A DNA stretch of 64,000 nucleotides from Mustelus asterias (lineage: Eukaryota): assembly GCF_964213995.1 (NCBI RefSeq), contig NC_135802.1, forward strand, positions 39,618,001 through 39,682,000, written 5' to 3'. How positions within the stretch are numbered: the stretch's first letter is position 1; every line of letters begins with the position of its first letter. Below the pieces are notes generated by a model, which did no database searches, was not told where the DNA came from, and saw only the letters and a program-made list of their open reading frames with translations. Positions 1 to 13,128 of this stretch are shown in pieces. The position numbers and the translations under genes are program-made.

Positions 1-455
1 TTTAAAAAAACTGAAGTGTTGGGTACATTTATGGACTGTGTCGTACAATCCACTTCTGGAATTGATAGTATATGAGCTGCTACAGCCAAGCAGCTGGCTG
101 GAAAGGGGTAGGTGTGGTGGTGAGGGTTGTAAGCCAAGGTGTGGAAGAATAATCATTGAAATTTTTACATTGAAATGTAAAATGTTCTTTTTGCCTGTGA
201 AGGGAAATCCTGTAAATTGGAGATTTTGGTAACTTGTATATGCATCAGGGTTCAAGTCTGTATATATGCAAATAGCATTGTACTCAAAGATTGGTTGATT
301 ATCACACTCTCGTAAAGTAAATAGTAGTAGCATGGGGCTGTTTATAACTGTTTTGTACAAATTTGAATGAAAGAAAAACATTATTGGTCTCTAATGAAGG
401 GAACATTTCTGCAGCTATAGTTTGAGATTTTTAAAAGCTCTTCTTGCTTTTGTAG

Positions 456-536
456 GTCCTTCAGGAGTTGGGCTGAATGAGCTTAAAAGAAAACTGTTGA
501 TTAGTGACTCACAGCACTATGGTGTAACAATTCCAC
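456..536 (+). CDS. MPP7: MPP7-like MAGUK p55 protein, GK-domain exon ([28 protein letters not shown])
   Basis: Pyrimidine tract + tgtag acceptor, gtgagt donor, 81 nt, phase 1/1. The peptide matches the start of the MPP7 GK domain as I recall it ([18 protein letters not shown]). Confidence 0.92.
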
Positions 537-749
537 GTGAGTATGAGACATTTTTCTTTCTCCATTTAAACAATAACCTAGAGTTATTTATACCCTCCAG
601 CAATGACATAAGTGTCAAACCTATTGAGTTTCATTTACTCAGTTTGTCCATCATCAAAAAGGTCTTCTAATTATTTGTCAACAACATTTATTTTTTAACA
701 GTCGCTTTCGAGCTCAATATTTTTTAGTCATTCTTGAGATTCTTCGAAT

Positions 750-1353
750 TTTTTGATTCATTCACAGGGCGTGTGCAGCACTCGCAAGGTCAACATTAAT
801 TGTCCATCACTCATTGCTTTTGAGAAGGTGGTGGTGAACTACCATATTGAACAGCTGTAATACAGGCACAGTACTGTAAGGAAGGGAATCCCAGGATTTT
901 GAGCCAGATACAATGAAGAAACAGTGATACATTTACAAATCAGGATGGTGTGTGACTTTTGGGGGAATTTGCATGTGATGACTTTTCCATGCAGCTGCTG
1001 CCTGTTATGATCCTGGACCAGACCTCCAAGTTTTTGGTACAAACCAGTTAGAGACTGACAACCTTTCGTTCATCAGCAAATATTCTCACTTCTGACCTCA
1101 CGTTCAAGGGATGAAGCAGCTGAAAATGCCTAGGGATGTCTTCAGTGACGTCCTGGAGCTAGGATAATTGGCCCCAACAATCATCACATCTTCCTTCGTG
1201 CTAGGCATGACTCCGGCCAGTGGATAGTTTTCCACCTCTTTCCCATCGACTTCAATTTTACCAGAACCTCCTCATGCATGCTCAGTCAGAAACCGCCTTC
1301 ACGTCAAGGGCAGTTACTCTCATCTCACTTCTGAAATTTAGCTCTTTTGTCCA
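750..1353 (-). mobile_element. Decayed 3' fragment of a non-LTR retrotransposon (second LINE family, also at 16280-17000, 28880-29270, 39350-39500, 40530-40800)
   Basis: Recurrent block gagaaggtggtggtga...caggatttt...caggatggtgtgtgactt seen in several places on both strands. Boundaries are approximate. Confidence 0.5.
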
Positions 1354-3277
1354 TGGGTAGAATTCTTCCAACCAGCCTTTGCGGGCGGATGTGTTGAATC
1401 TGGTGGGAGTCAACAAAAAGTCAAACCTGCCGGCCTAAAATCCTATTGCAATTCCCCTAATGGGGGGGGGGTCTTTCTTCCCCCTGGCAGGTTGTACAAA
1501 TGTTATTTGCATTCCTTTGCAACACATGAATGGTCATTAAAACAGCAGACCGCTGGCATCCCATCAGGCCTTTTAATCTTGCGTCACACCCACGAGAATT
1601 TACGTCCGCGTCAAGCCCAAATTACTAGTGAAAGGCGTGCACAAGGCATCTCTATTTCACCAGAGACTGTAAGGTGAGTACAACAGCTTTCTGCCATAGT
1701 GCTGCATTGCTCCTGATGTGCTGTTCACTGGGCAGACTGGTTCCTGCCTCTATCTCTATGCCAAACTGGTCGTCATGGACAGCACTGAGCTGCTGGACCC
1801 ATGGACCCTCCTGTGTCACTGAGTCAGATCAATACTGCTCCAAGCATTGAAGTGTACAAGGGTCTCCTTGATCCTGATGCCACACAGCAGTGTTTATCTG
1901 GACAGAACTGTGCTGTGGAACTCATGGTCCAAATTTCGACTGGGTGTGGAGTGTGAGGAAGGCCAGGGCTGAGGGGGTTGTGGCCTATCAAAGACAAGGG
2001 GGCAAGGGCTGTGCAAGATGTGGGAGGCTGTGGGTGAGGGCTCACGATGGTAGGGAGAGGGGCAAGTAGAGGGATGGAGGAGAAGAACAATGGCAAGCAG
2101 AAGGAACACCGAGGGGAGGGAAGCTAGACCCCGACAAGGCTTAGTTTAACCCTAAACCCCTGGACTTCAGGGGTTTAATTGTGAGGAGAGATTATACAAA
2201 TTAGACCTGTTTTCTCTCGAATTTAGAAGGTTAAGGGGTGATCTGATCAAAGTCTTCAAGATACCAAAAGTAAAATACAGAGTAGATAAACTATTTCCAC
2301 TGGTTGGAGATTCAGGTGACCATAATTCCATAACATTTTGGGTCGTTATGGATAAGGACAAGAGTGGCCCTCGGGTAAGGTTGCTGAATTGGGCGAGGGC
2401 CAATTACACCCAAATTAGACAGGAACAAGGGAAAGTGTTTTGAGAGCGGCTATATGAGGACAAATCTATGTCTGGCATGTGGGAGGCTTTTAAAGGCCAG
2501 TTGATTGAAGTACAGCACAGGCATGTCCCCACAAAAATGAAGGATAGAAATGGCAGGATTCGAGAACCATGGATAATGAGGGAAATTGTAAGCTTCGTCA
2601 AAAAGAAAAAGGAAGCATACGATAGGTCTGGGCATCTAAAAACTGACAATGCCCTTGAGGAATATAGTGAAAGTAGGAAGGAACTTAAACGTGGAATTAG
2701 GAGGCTTAAAAGGGACCATGAAATACCTTTAGCAAACAGGGTCAAGGAGAACCCCAAGGGTTTTTATGCATATATTAGGAGCAAGAGGGTAGCAAGAGAA
2801 AGAATAGGCCTATTCAAGGACAATGGAGTGAAGCTATGAGTGGAGCCACAGGAAGTGGGTGAGATTCTTAGTGAGTACTTTGTATCGGTATTCACCAAGG
2901 AGAAGGGCATGACAGATGTTGAGGTCAGGAATAGGTGTGTGAATGTTCTAGAGAATGTCAATATATCGAAGGAGGAAGTGTTGGGAATCCTAAAATGCAT
3001 TAAGGTAGACAAGACCCCAGGGCATGATGGGATGTATCGCAGGTTACTGCGGGAGGCAAGGAGAGAAATAGCTGGGACCTTAACAAATATCTTCACATCC
3101 CCTTTGACCACAGGTGAGGTTCCAGAGGATTGGAGAATAGTCAATGTTGTTCCCTTGTTTAAGAAAGGAAGCAGAGATAATCCAGGAAACTATAGGCCAG
3201 TGAGCCTCACGTCAGTGGTGGGGAAGCTTTAAAGGGGGAGGTGGCTAGATGGGTGGAGAACTGGCTTGGTCACAGAA

Positions 3278-3675
3278 ATGATGTGGAGATGCCGGCGTTG
3301 GACTGGGGTAAACACAGTAAGAAGTTTAACAACACCAGGTTAAAGTCCAACAGGTTTATTTGGTAGCAAAAGCCACACAAGCTTTCGAAGCTCTAAGCCC
3401 CTTCTTCAGGTGTGGGAATTCTGTTCACAAACAGAGTTTATAAAGACACAGACTCAATTTACATGAATAATGGTTGGAATGCGAATACTTTTACTGGTAA
3501 GTATTCGCATTCCAACCATTATTCATGTAAATTGAGTCTGTGTCTTTATAAACTCTGTTTGTGAACAGAATTCCCACTCACCTGAAGAAGGGGCTTAGAG
3601 CTTCGAAAGCTTGTGTGGCTTTTGCTACCAAATAAACCTGTTGGACTTTAACCTGGTGTTGTTAAACTTCTTACT
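3278..3675. mobile_element. Penelope-like fold-back (palindromic pLTR) insertion #1, 12-bp TSD TTGGTCACAGAA
   Basis: 38-nt tail 3278-3315, arms 3316-3490 and 3499-3675, TSD at 3266-3277 and 3676-3687. The sequence matches the 3' end of the PLE at 30407. Confidence 0.93.
3575..3618 (+). ncRNA. Minimal type I hammerhead ribozyme (A-type); mirror copy at ~3373-3414 (-)
   Basis: CAC-CUGAAGA-A-GGGGC/UUAGA/GCUUC-GAAAGCUU-GUG: conserved core, stem II, stem I CAC/GUG, palindromic AGCU in place of stem III. Confidence 0.75.
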
Positions 3676-5020
3676 TTGGTCACAGAAGACAGAGGGTGGT
3701 AGTGGAAGGGTCTTTTTCCGGCTGGAGGCCTGTGACTAGTGGTGTTCCGCAGGGCTCTGTATTGGGACCTCTGCTGTTTGTGATTTATATAAATGATCTG
3801 GAAGAAGGTGGAACTGGGGTGATCAGTAAGTTTGCGGACGACACAAAATTGGCAGGACTTGCAGATAGTGAGGAGCATTGTCAGAAGCTACAGAAGGATA
3901 TAGATAGGCTGGAAATTTGGGCAAAGAAATGGCAGATGGAGTTCAATCCTGATAAATGCGAAGTGATGCATTTTGGTAGAAATAATGTAGGGAGGAGCTA
4001 TATGATAAATGGCAGAACCATAAAGGGTGTAGATACGCAGAGGGACCTGGGTGTGCAAGTCCACAGATCCTTGAAAGTGACGTCACAGATGGAGAAGGTG
4101 GTGAAGAAGGCATATGGCATGCTTGCCTTTATAGGACGGGGCATAGAGTATAAAAGTTGGGGTCTGATGTTGCAGATGTATAGAACGTTGGTTCGGCCGC
4201 ATCTGGAATACTGTGTCCAGTTCTGGTCGCCACACGACCAGAAGGACGTGGAGGCTTTGGAGAGAGTACAGAGGAGGTTTATCAGGATGTTGCCTGGTAT
4301 GGAGGGGCTTAGTTATGAGGAGAGATTGGGTAAACTGGGGTTGTTCTCCCTGGAAAGACGGAGGATGAGGGGAGACTTAATAGAGGTGTATAAAATTATG
4401 AAAGGCATAGATAGGGTGAACGGTGGGAAGCTTTTCCCCAGGTCGGTGGTGACGTTCACGAGGGGTCATAGGTTCAAGGTGAAGGGGGGGATGTTTAACA
4501 CCGATATCAGACGGACATATTTTACACAGAGGGTGGTGGGGGCCTGGAATGCGCTGCCAGGCAAGGTGGTGGAGGCGGACACACTGGGAACGTTTAAGAC
4601 TTATCTAGACAGCCATATGAACGGAGTGGGAATGGAGGGATACAAAAGAATGGTCTATTTGGACCAGGGAGCGGCGCGGGCTTGGAGGGCCGAAGGGCCT
4701 GTTCCTGTGCTGTATTGTTCTTTGTTCTTTTGGAGAAGATACTGAGGGACAGGATATTTGCACATTTGTAAAAAAAACTGGACTAGTTAGTGACAGACAG
4801 CATGCTTTTGTGCAGGGAAGGTCATGTCTCGCCAACTTGATAGAGTTTTTTGAAGAGGTGACAAAGCTAATTGATGAGGGAAGGACTGTGGATGTGGTTT
4901 ATATGAATTTGAGTAAGGCATTTGACAAGGTCCCACATGGCAGACTGGTACAAAAACTAAAATCACATGGGATTCAGGGTGGGCTGACTAGATGGATACA
5001 GAACTGGCTTGGTTATAGAA

Positions 5021-6310
5021 GTGGAGATGCCGGCATTGGACTGGGGTGAACACAGTAAGAGTTTTAACAACACCAGGTTAAAGTCCAACAGGTTTATTTG
5101 ATAGCAAATACCATTAGCTTTCGGAGTGCTGCTTCTTCGTCAAATGGAGTGGAAATGTGCTCTCAAACAGGGCACTGAGACACAAAATCAAGTTACAGCA
5201 TACTGATTAGAATGCAAATCCCTACAACCAACCAGATCTTAAAGATACAGACAATGTGGGTGGAGGGAGCATTAAGCACAGGTTAAAGAGATGTGTATTG
5301 TCTCCAGACAGGACAGCCCGCAAGTCCAGGAGTCAAGCTGTGGGGGTTACTGATAATGTGACATAAATCCAACATCCCGGTTTAGGCCGTCCTCATGTGT
5401 GCGGAACTTGGCTATCAGTTTCTTCTCAGCGACTCTGCGCTATCGTGTGTCGTGAAGGCCGCCTTGGAGAACGCTTACCTGAAGATCAGAGGCTGAATGC
5501 CCGTGACTGCTGAAGTGCTCCCCCACAGGAAGAGAACAGTCTTGCCTGGTGATTGTCGAGCGGTGTTCATTCATCCGTTGTCGTAGCGTCTGCATGGTTT
5601 CCCCAATGTACCATGCCTCGAGACATCCTTTCCTGCAGCGTATCAGGTAGACAACGTTGGCCGAGTTGCAAGAGTAGGTACCAGTACCTACTCTTGCAAC
5701 TCGGCCAACGTTGTCTACCTGATACGCTGCAGGAAAGGATGTCCCGAGGCATGGTACATTGGGGAAACCATGCAGACGCTACGACAACGGATGAATGAAC
5801 ACCGCTCGACAATCACCAGGCAAGACTGTTCTCTTCCTGTGGGGGAGCACTTCAGCCGTCACGGGCATTCAGCCTCTGATCTTCAGGTAAGCGTTCTCCA
5901 AGGCGGCCTTCATGACACACGACAGCGCAGAGTCGCTGAGCAGAAACTGATAGCCAAGTTCCGCACACATGAGGACGGCCTAAACCGGGATGTTGGATTT
6001 ATGTCACATTATCAGTAACCCCCACAGCTTGCCTCCTGGACTTGCAGGCTGTCTTGTCTGGAGACAATACACATCTCTTTAACCTGTGCTTAATGCTCCC
6101 TCCACCCACATTGTCTGTATCTTTAAGATCTGGTTGGCTGTAGGGATTCGCATTCTAATCAGTATTCTGTAACTTGATTTTGTGTCTCTGTGCCCTGTTT
6201 GAGAGCACATTTCCACTCCATCTGACGAAGGAGCAGCGCACCAAAAACTAATGGTATTTGCTACCAAATAAACCTGTTGGACTTTAACCTGGTGTTGTTA
6301 AAACTCTTAC
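5021..6310. mobile_element. Penelope-like fold-back insertion #2 (~630-bp arms containing GIY-YIG coding sequence and pLTR), TSD TTGGTTATAGAA
   Basis: Centre ggtac-ca-gtacc at 5677-5688. Mirror ORFs 5553+ and 5567-. ORF 5770..6018 is the GIY-YIG C-terminus. TSD at 5009-5020 and 6311-6322. Confidence 0.94.
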
Positions 6311-8665
6311 TTGGTTATAGAAGACAGAGAGTAGCAGTGGAAGATTGTTTTTCAGAATGGAGATCTGTAGCTAGTGGTGTTCCACAGGGATCAGTGCTGG
6401 GACCTCTGTTATTTGCAGTATATATAAATGATCTGGAGGAAAAGTGGATGGTCTGATTAGTAAGCTTGCCGATGACATGAAGATTGGTGGAGTTGCTGAG
6501 TTGGGGATTGTCAGAGGATACAGCAGGATGTAGATAGATTGGAGACTTGGGCACAGAAATGGCAGATGGAGTTCAGTCCGGACAAATGCGAGGATTTTGG
6601 AGGATCAAATTTGGGTGTGAATGATACTGTAAATGGCAGAACCCTTAGGAACATCAACATACAGAGTGATCTGGGCATGCAGGTCCACAGTTCCCTAAAA
6701 GTGGCAACACAGATGGCCAAGATGATTAAGAAAGCATATGGCATGCTTGCGTTCATCAGCAGAGGCATTGAGTACAAGAGTTTGGAAATCATGTTGCAGC
6801 TATATAAAACCTTGGTTAGGCTGCATCTGGAGTATCGCGTGCAGTTCTGGTCACCAGACTAACAGGAAGTGAAAGCTTTGGAGAAAGTGCAAAGAAGGTT
6901 CACCAGGATGTTGCCTGGTCTCGAGGGTGTTGACAATGAGAAGAGGTTGAATAAACTAGGATTGTTTCACTGGAAAGACGGAAGCTGAGAGGAGACCTGA
7001 ATGAGGTCTACAAAATGATGAGAGGCGTAGACAGGGTGGATAGTCAGAGGGATTTTCCTAGGATGGAACTGTCAATTATAAGGGGGCACAGGTTCAAGAT
7101 GAGAGAAGGAAAATTTGAAGGAGATGTGCAGTGGAAGTTTTTCACACAGAGAGTGGTCGGTGCCTGGAACGTGCTGCCAGAGAAGGTGGTGGAAGCAGGC
7201 ACATTAGCAGCATTTAAGAGGCACCTGGATGTGTACATTAATAGGGAGGGAATAGAGGGATACGGACTGAGTAAGGGCAGAAGGTTTTTTAGTTTAGTTA
7301 GGGCATCATGATCGGCACAGGCTTGGAGGGCCTGTTCCTGTGCTGTACTGTTCTTTGTTCGTTGTTCTATTCTAGAACTAGGGCATAGTCTAAAAATTAG
7401 GGCCAGACCATTCAGGCGAGATGTTGTAAAGTATTTCTACACACATAGGATGGTACAGGTTTGGAACTCACTTCCACAAATGGCAGTTGATGTTAGATTG
7501 GGCTAACTTTAAATCTGAGATAGATAGATTTTTGTTTAGCAAAAGTATTAAGGGATATGGCCAAAGGCAGTTATATGGAGTTAGGCCACAGATCAGCCAT
7601 GATCTCATTGAATCGCGGAACAGGCTTGAAGGGCTGAATGGCCTACTTCTGTTCCTGTTTCCTATCAAAAGCACTTCACTGAATGAATCACCTTTTGAAA
7701 TGTAGTGATTGGAGGCAGCAGTCATTTTGCACTAGCAAATTCCTGAGATTTCGTGATAATGGCTGGAAAAGAAATGTTGGCCAGGAAGCCAGGAGAACTT
7801 TCTGCTCTTGTGCTATTAGACATTCAGCATCCATCCAAATCTACAGCCGACACTCAATTTAACATTCCATCTAAAGAATGACACATTGATAAGTTTGTGC
7901 AAACAATGCAACCTTCCAACAAAAACCTAAATACACAATGAATGCTACTCACACCCAACGTTGTATGCAAGCTCTCTTGGGTGTTAATGTCTGTACCTTT
8001 CCAATGGCCAACATCTATCTATTGGAACGGTCTTCCATAAATGACAGTTGATGCTAGATTAATTGCTATCTTTAAATCTTAGTTAGATAAGTTCTTGTTA
8101 AGCAAAGGGATTTGGGCCAAAGGCAGGTACATGGAGTTAGGCCACAGGTCAGCCATGATCTCCTTAAATGGCGAAACAGGCTTGATGGGCTGAATGACCT
8201 TTTCCGTTCCTACCTTCCAAAGGCTGCAATGCATGAAAAGCTCACAAACAAGGGGGTCAAAGTGATAACATGTTTACTGGAAGGGAATACACAGACTCCA
8301 GATGCAGTGGGCATGGGTGCCTCACAATTGATGGGCTCTGGGAGTGTGGTTGAATTGGGAAACAGTCATCTTCTTGAAGCTACTTGCCTTTTCCCCCTGG
8401 GTTGCTAATATTCTGCATGGTCTGGTGAAGACTGAGCTGGAGAGATTGATGTAAGTGTGCTGAACTGGTATTCAAATATGGCGCCGAGACCTTCAAACTC
8501 ATCAGCTGGCAGAGGGCATTCGAATCAGTTGGCAGCCCGCCAGAAGATTCGGAGGAGAACTTGTATGTGCATAATTAATAATCGAACTAGCGAAGGCCTA
8601 TCAGAACATTTTTTTAAGTGCGACTACTGTTAACTTATAACTATAATGCACTTTCACTGACAATT

Positions 8666-8994
8666 GGGGCGGCACGGTAGCACAGTGGTTAGCATTGCTG
8701 CTTCACAGCTCTAGGGACCTGAGTTCGATTCCCGGCTTGGGTCACTGTCTGTGTGGAGTTTGCACATTCTCCTCGTGTCTGCGTGGGTTTCCTCCGGGTG
8801 CTCCAGTTTCCTCCCACAGTCCAAAGATGTGCGGGTTAGGTTGATTGGCCAGGTTAAAAATTGCCCCTTAGTGTCCTGAGATGCGTAGGTTAGAGGGATT
8901 AACGGGTAAATATCTGGGGGTAGGGCCTGGGTGGGATTGTGGTCAGTGCAGACTCGATGGACCGAATGGCCTCTGTAGGGTTTCTATGATTCTA
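8666..8994 (+). mobile_element. tRNA-derived V-SINE (HE1-like)
   Basis: Head with A/B boxes (ggcacggtagcacagtggttagc...gttcgattcc), V-domain ctgtgtggagtttgcacattctc, CR1-like tail ttctatgattct. Confidence 0.88.
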
Positions 8995-9765
8995 AGTTTT
9001 AAATAAACATTGAAAGATTTCATGACCCATGTCAATGGAAATTAAACAGTGTTTTAGATGACTGGTAGAATTGAGAATATTTGCTTCCAAATGTACATCG
9101 AACATTTATTGTTGCTATTGGTCAAGAAGCTGTTGTGGAATGACTCTTTCCTTCAAAGGGATGTGGATTAGATATACATCATCAAGCCGATTTGTGACAA
9201 ATCTCCCAAGGTTTTATTCATTAAATGTGGATAATTGTTAAAGAGGACTTGCATTTATCCAGCATCATTCACAATCTTAGGACCTCCCAAAGCACTGTAA
9301 AGCTCAATGAACACTTCTGAAGTGTAGTCTGAGTTGTGACATAGGGAAATGCAGCCGACTTGTGAACAGCAAGGTCATTCAAAGAATTAAACTTATGACA
9401 GAAAATCTACAGGTTTCTTGAATCTTATCTGAAAGTCATTCAGCCCTTAGTTCAGATGCAGCAGGATTTTAGAAGATCATACATCTGTTTATTGTTCAAT
9501 TATTTGATTAGTTAAGTAAAGTTCCCTTTAGATTGTTTGGAGTGTAGTTATTAATTTGAAATTCTCTATTTCTGTTTTTGGTATAGTACACCCCACATTG
9601 CGCATACACAACACTTTCAATCCATTTTAACATCAAACACTTAAAGGTGCAATCAAGCAGAAAGTAAAAATCTGAATAAAATGAAGGGTTGAATTTGACT
9701 CAGTGAGCCCGTAAGATTGTGAGAGAGGCTAAAAATCCAGTTTGACCCGGACTTTTGCCTCACCC

Positions 9766-9893
9766 AACATAGAACATAGAACAGTACAGCACAGGACAGG
9801 CCCTTCGGCCCACAGTGTTGTGCCGAGCTTTATCTGAAACCAAGATCAAGCTATCCCACTCCCTATCATTCTAGTGTGCTCCGTGTGCCTATC
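9766..9893 (-). mobile_element. CR1 3'-end-only insertion, same subfamily as 41174-44201
   Basis: Reverse complement of ~44085-44203, with a (catagaa)n tail. Confidence 0.85.
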
Positions 9894-10836
9894 TTGTGTC
9901 ACCTGATGTTACCAGCTTTGTTTTGCTGGTGAAAACGGCTTGATGCCCGAAATGACATGATTAACAGGGGAGGGGGAGTGGGGGGGGGCGGTGATCGGCA
10001 AGGAGGTAGGATTTGGGGGAGAGACCAGCACGAGATGAGGCAGGAGATTTCCCAGTTCACTGGTAGATCAGGGCATCTGTGCAAGACGCCCCAAGAGCTC
10101 TGCAGCTGGCTTCACTGGGAGTTTAGCATCCTCGTCCATGCCTCCACCCCCGCTTACTGGGGAGAATCGTTGGGGCTTTTCTTTTGCACTGAGTGCCGTA
10201 GGATTGCTACTCGTGGCTTGCTGAAAAGAATGGCGTCTTTCTCTCCTGTTTTCTCCTTGTTCGGCACTTAGAACTTTTTTTGTAAGCTAGCGCCATAAGT
10301 GTCACAACAGCGTGAAAACGGGAGTCCTGCATGCCCCCTTTTGGGTGGGCTTGACACTGCAATCTTTCAGGAATCTGTCGATTTCTTTGACAGCTGGGAG
10401 CTTTGCGCCGGCCGGGGGGTGCGTGAATCCTAAGTCCACCAGTGAAGCTGGCTTCAGAGCACTCAGGCGCCATTGCGCTGCTGCCCTGATCTGTTACTGG
10501 ACCGAGTGACCACCTCTCACCCTCCCACAATCCCATCGTCAGCTCCCCTGCCCGCCCCGCCCCACACACACTTACATGGGTCGCCAGCGTCAGGGCATCA
10601 GGACTTCCAGATGAGTCTGCTGGCGGAGCCTGACATGCCCCCACCCCCGCTGTCGTGACCTCCTCCATGACCCACCCTACATAGCCAGCCCCCCCACAAC
10701 CCCTCCTTTTTGCACAACCTCTCCCTTACATGTCCACCTCCCTTGCAGAACTCCTCCCTCACCAGCACCCCCCCCCCCCCCCCCCCCCACCCTTGCATGA
10801 CCACTCCCCGGAGGACACTGCCTGTCCATTAGGCTT

Positions 10837-10941
10837 GATGTGGAGATGCCGGCGTTGGACTGGGGTAAACACAGTAAGAGTTTTAACAACACCAGGTTAA
10901 AGTCCAACAGGTTTATTTGGTAGCAAATGCCATTAGCTTTC
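10837..10941 (-). mobile_element. Short PLE 3'-end fragment (tail + part of pLTR, ending inside the hammerhead)
   Basis: gatgtggagatgccggcgttggactgggg...gcaaatgccattagctttc matches the left arms of the other PLE insertions. Confidence 0.88.
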
Positions 10942-13034
10942 TGCCGATAAGCAATCCAATTTGCACTGGGTGCAAATCAAATTTTAGGCCCCTCTCCCTA
11001 TCTTTCCTGCTTACCACACTGATTGACTGGTGTGTCAAGCCGGTGAGATCGTGCCCATTGTCTCCAAACGAATGAACACAGCCTTTCAGAAAATAAAGTA
11101 GCTAAATAAAAGCTCCAGATTAACAGTGTGCGTTGGGAGATTATACAGAAATGAGCAAAATGGAGGGCAAGCTATAGAAATTGTTCACCCTGTATTTTTC
11201 CTCTCTTCCTATATAGTTTGAATTCATCTTTCTGTCCAATCCTCACTGAAACGCTCACACAGAAATTGTTTTGTCTGCTCTATTGCTTTTTAATTATACC
11301 CCTATTAAATTTAATTGTATTTGGGTACCTTTTGGTATGAGCTGCATTAATAACGTTTTTGCTTGGATTTGTTGAATTTCCTAGTTTAGGTAGTACATTG
11401 AACAAGGAAAAAAAGATTTGCTGCTTTTGTTTTTATGCACTGGTTACTGTACAAATTGAAACACTTGGTGCTACTTGATTGGCAACAATTGGCAGCGGTC
11501 AAATAGGAAGCATGCAAACCATTCCCTCGTGTCACTAATTAACCATGGTGGTTGTGCATCCATCTTTAATAGTTCATAAATATTATGTTAGCAAGACTTT
11601 TTAAAAATATCTGCTGAAGTAAAGAAAATAAAAACTAGAAACAGTAATTTTATTTTGAATGGAGAGGATTAATGGCAATTATTAAGATTTATGGGGTAAT
11701 TTTAGGCATTGCCAAAATGCATGAGAAATTCAGTCACCCCCATTCTAACATTTTCCATTCACTAATATTGTGGGAATTGCTCCATGCCAGAGAGTGAATT
11801 TGTAAAGTCACACCTTTAATTCCTTTAGGAAAAGTTAGAACGAGTGATATTTATTCTCTGGTAGATTTTTGGTACTGATTGAGAAAGCAATAAAAAGAAA
11901 CCAGTCAAGGTTGACCAACATTGCAACTTTTCCACGGAGCAATAAAGATTCACAATAATTCATCAAAAATTAAAGACTTCTAGCCAACCTTTACATTGGG
12001 CTACATCCCAAAAATCACTCTGGTTTATGGTATTAACTTTACACTCCCTATATTCTGTGCAAGCGATTCAATTCTTTTCCATTATCATTGTACCTCTTGT
12101 TACTATCTCGTTTTACTGTTAATCACAAGAGAAAAGGTTAGTCTGCAGTATTTCACACAGGAGCCAGTTCTATTCAAAACATGGAGTGCTTGCCAGGAAC
12201 ATTTATGAAATATTTAATGAAATGTGATGCTGTCTCTTTGACTTTAAAAAATGTAACTTTAAAAGGCTCAGGATGTGCAGTGGAAGCATGAAAAAATCAT
12301 TGTTTAATGATTTTTGTGTCACTTGTGTGCCATGTATAAAACTGTTTGTAGTCGAAAGAAATATACTTCTGTGGTATTCTTCAGGTGGAAGAAACAATAC
12401 GTAGTTAATTACTTTTCTCAAATCAGCAAGGATTTCCCTTCTATGTATGATATTATTCCTTTTATTCCACATAATTGTCAGCTTTTTGAAGCCATCCTGA
12501 CATTTATGAGCTATAAAGGAAAAACTTTTCAATCTACTGCATAAAATACCAATCCAGTGCCTCATATTTTGGCTTTAAAAATGACTATGCTGAGGAAAAA
12601 GACAGTTTGCCATATTTCTGAATAGCAGCAGTGGTGACATTAAAATTAGATCACACAACATTGCTAGATTTTCTGTTAGTAGTCAGAATAATACTGGATT
12701 ATATAAGGCAATATGTCAGTTGTAATTTATTTTAATTTAGGAACTCTTTGCACTCAACAACATGCAGAAACTTTCAAGTGCATTAATTATGTTTCTGTAG
12801 ACGGGAATGATTGCCAAATGCTCCAGCAAAATAGAAACATTTTACAAACTTGTTGCTTTGGTTACACTAAAATCATGCGGTTGTTTAGAATCAACAAAAG
12901 TTTAAATTTTTTAGGCTTTTAAAGAAGCTCATGGCATCAATAGTATTTGATTCTGATATTTTAAACTGATTTTGAACAACCATCCTAACATTGGCAATGC
13001 TGAAGATATTTATTTTGTGTTTTGTCATCCACAG

Positions 13035-13128
13035 ATACAACGAGGCCAAAAAGAAGCCAGGAAACTGATGGAGTGGAATATCATTTTATTTCCAAGCACT
13101 TGTTTGAGACAGATGTACAAAATAACAA
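13035..13128 (+). CDS. MPP7: MPP7-like exon ([32 protein letters not shown])
   Basis: acag acceptor, gtaagt donor, 94 nt. Splices in frame with neighbouring exons and carries the GK motif HTTR..R..E.DG..Y.F. Confidence 0.92.

Larger units (their letters stand above)
3231..4730 (+). mobile_element. Young 5'-truncated CR1 (CR1-C) nested in CR1-B; RT C-terminal half open (ORF 3696..4745)
   Basis: [10 protein letters not shown] and FADD motifs, tail tgttctttgttcttt. The host reads GKL|LEKILRDRI across the insert, with CTTT at both ends. Confidence 0.92.
2314..7368 (+). mobile_element. 5'-truncated, decayed CR1 ORF2 (CR1-B), in pieces 2314-3230, 4731-5020, 6311-7368
   Basis: ORF fragments 2468, 2840, 4810, 6539 and 7015 carry CR1 motifs (NYRPVSLTS, KAFDKVPH, HLEY.VQFW). 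The tail is tgtactgttctttgttc. Confidence 0.9.
2166..7665 (+). mobile_element. Old CR1 3' fragment (outer host, CR1-A), split into 2166-2313 and 7369-7665
   Basis: The halves rejoin as ...ctggttggagattc|tagaactagggcat..., matching the CR1 'G.SRTRGH' region. ATTC is duplicated at both junctions, and a CR1 3' stem-loop tail lies near 7630-7660. Confidence 0.75.

Noticed and set aside
5553-5812. Two nearly identical 81-aa ORFs on opposite strands
   Set aside because: A by-product of the palindrome centred at 5682-5683, not genes.
8666-8740. tRNA-like sequences
   Set aside because: They are SINE heads followed by a V-domain and LINE-like tails, not tRNA genes.
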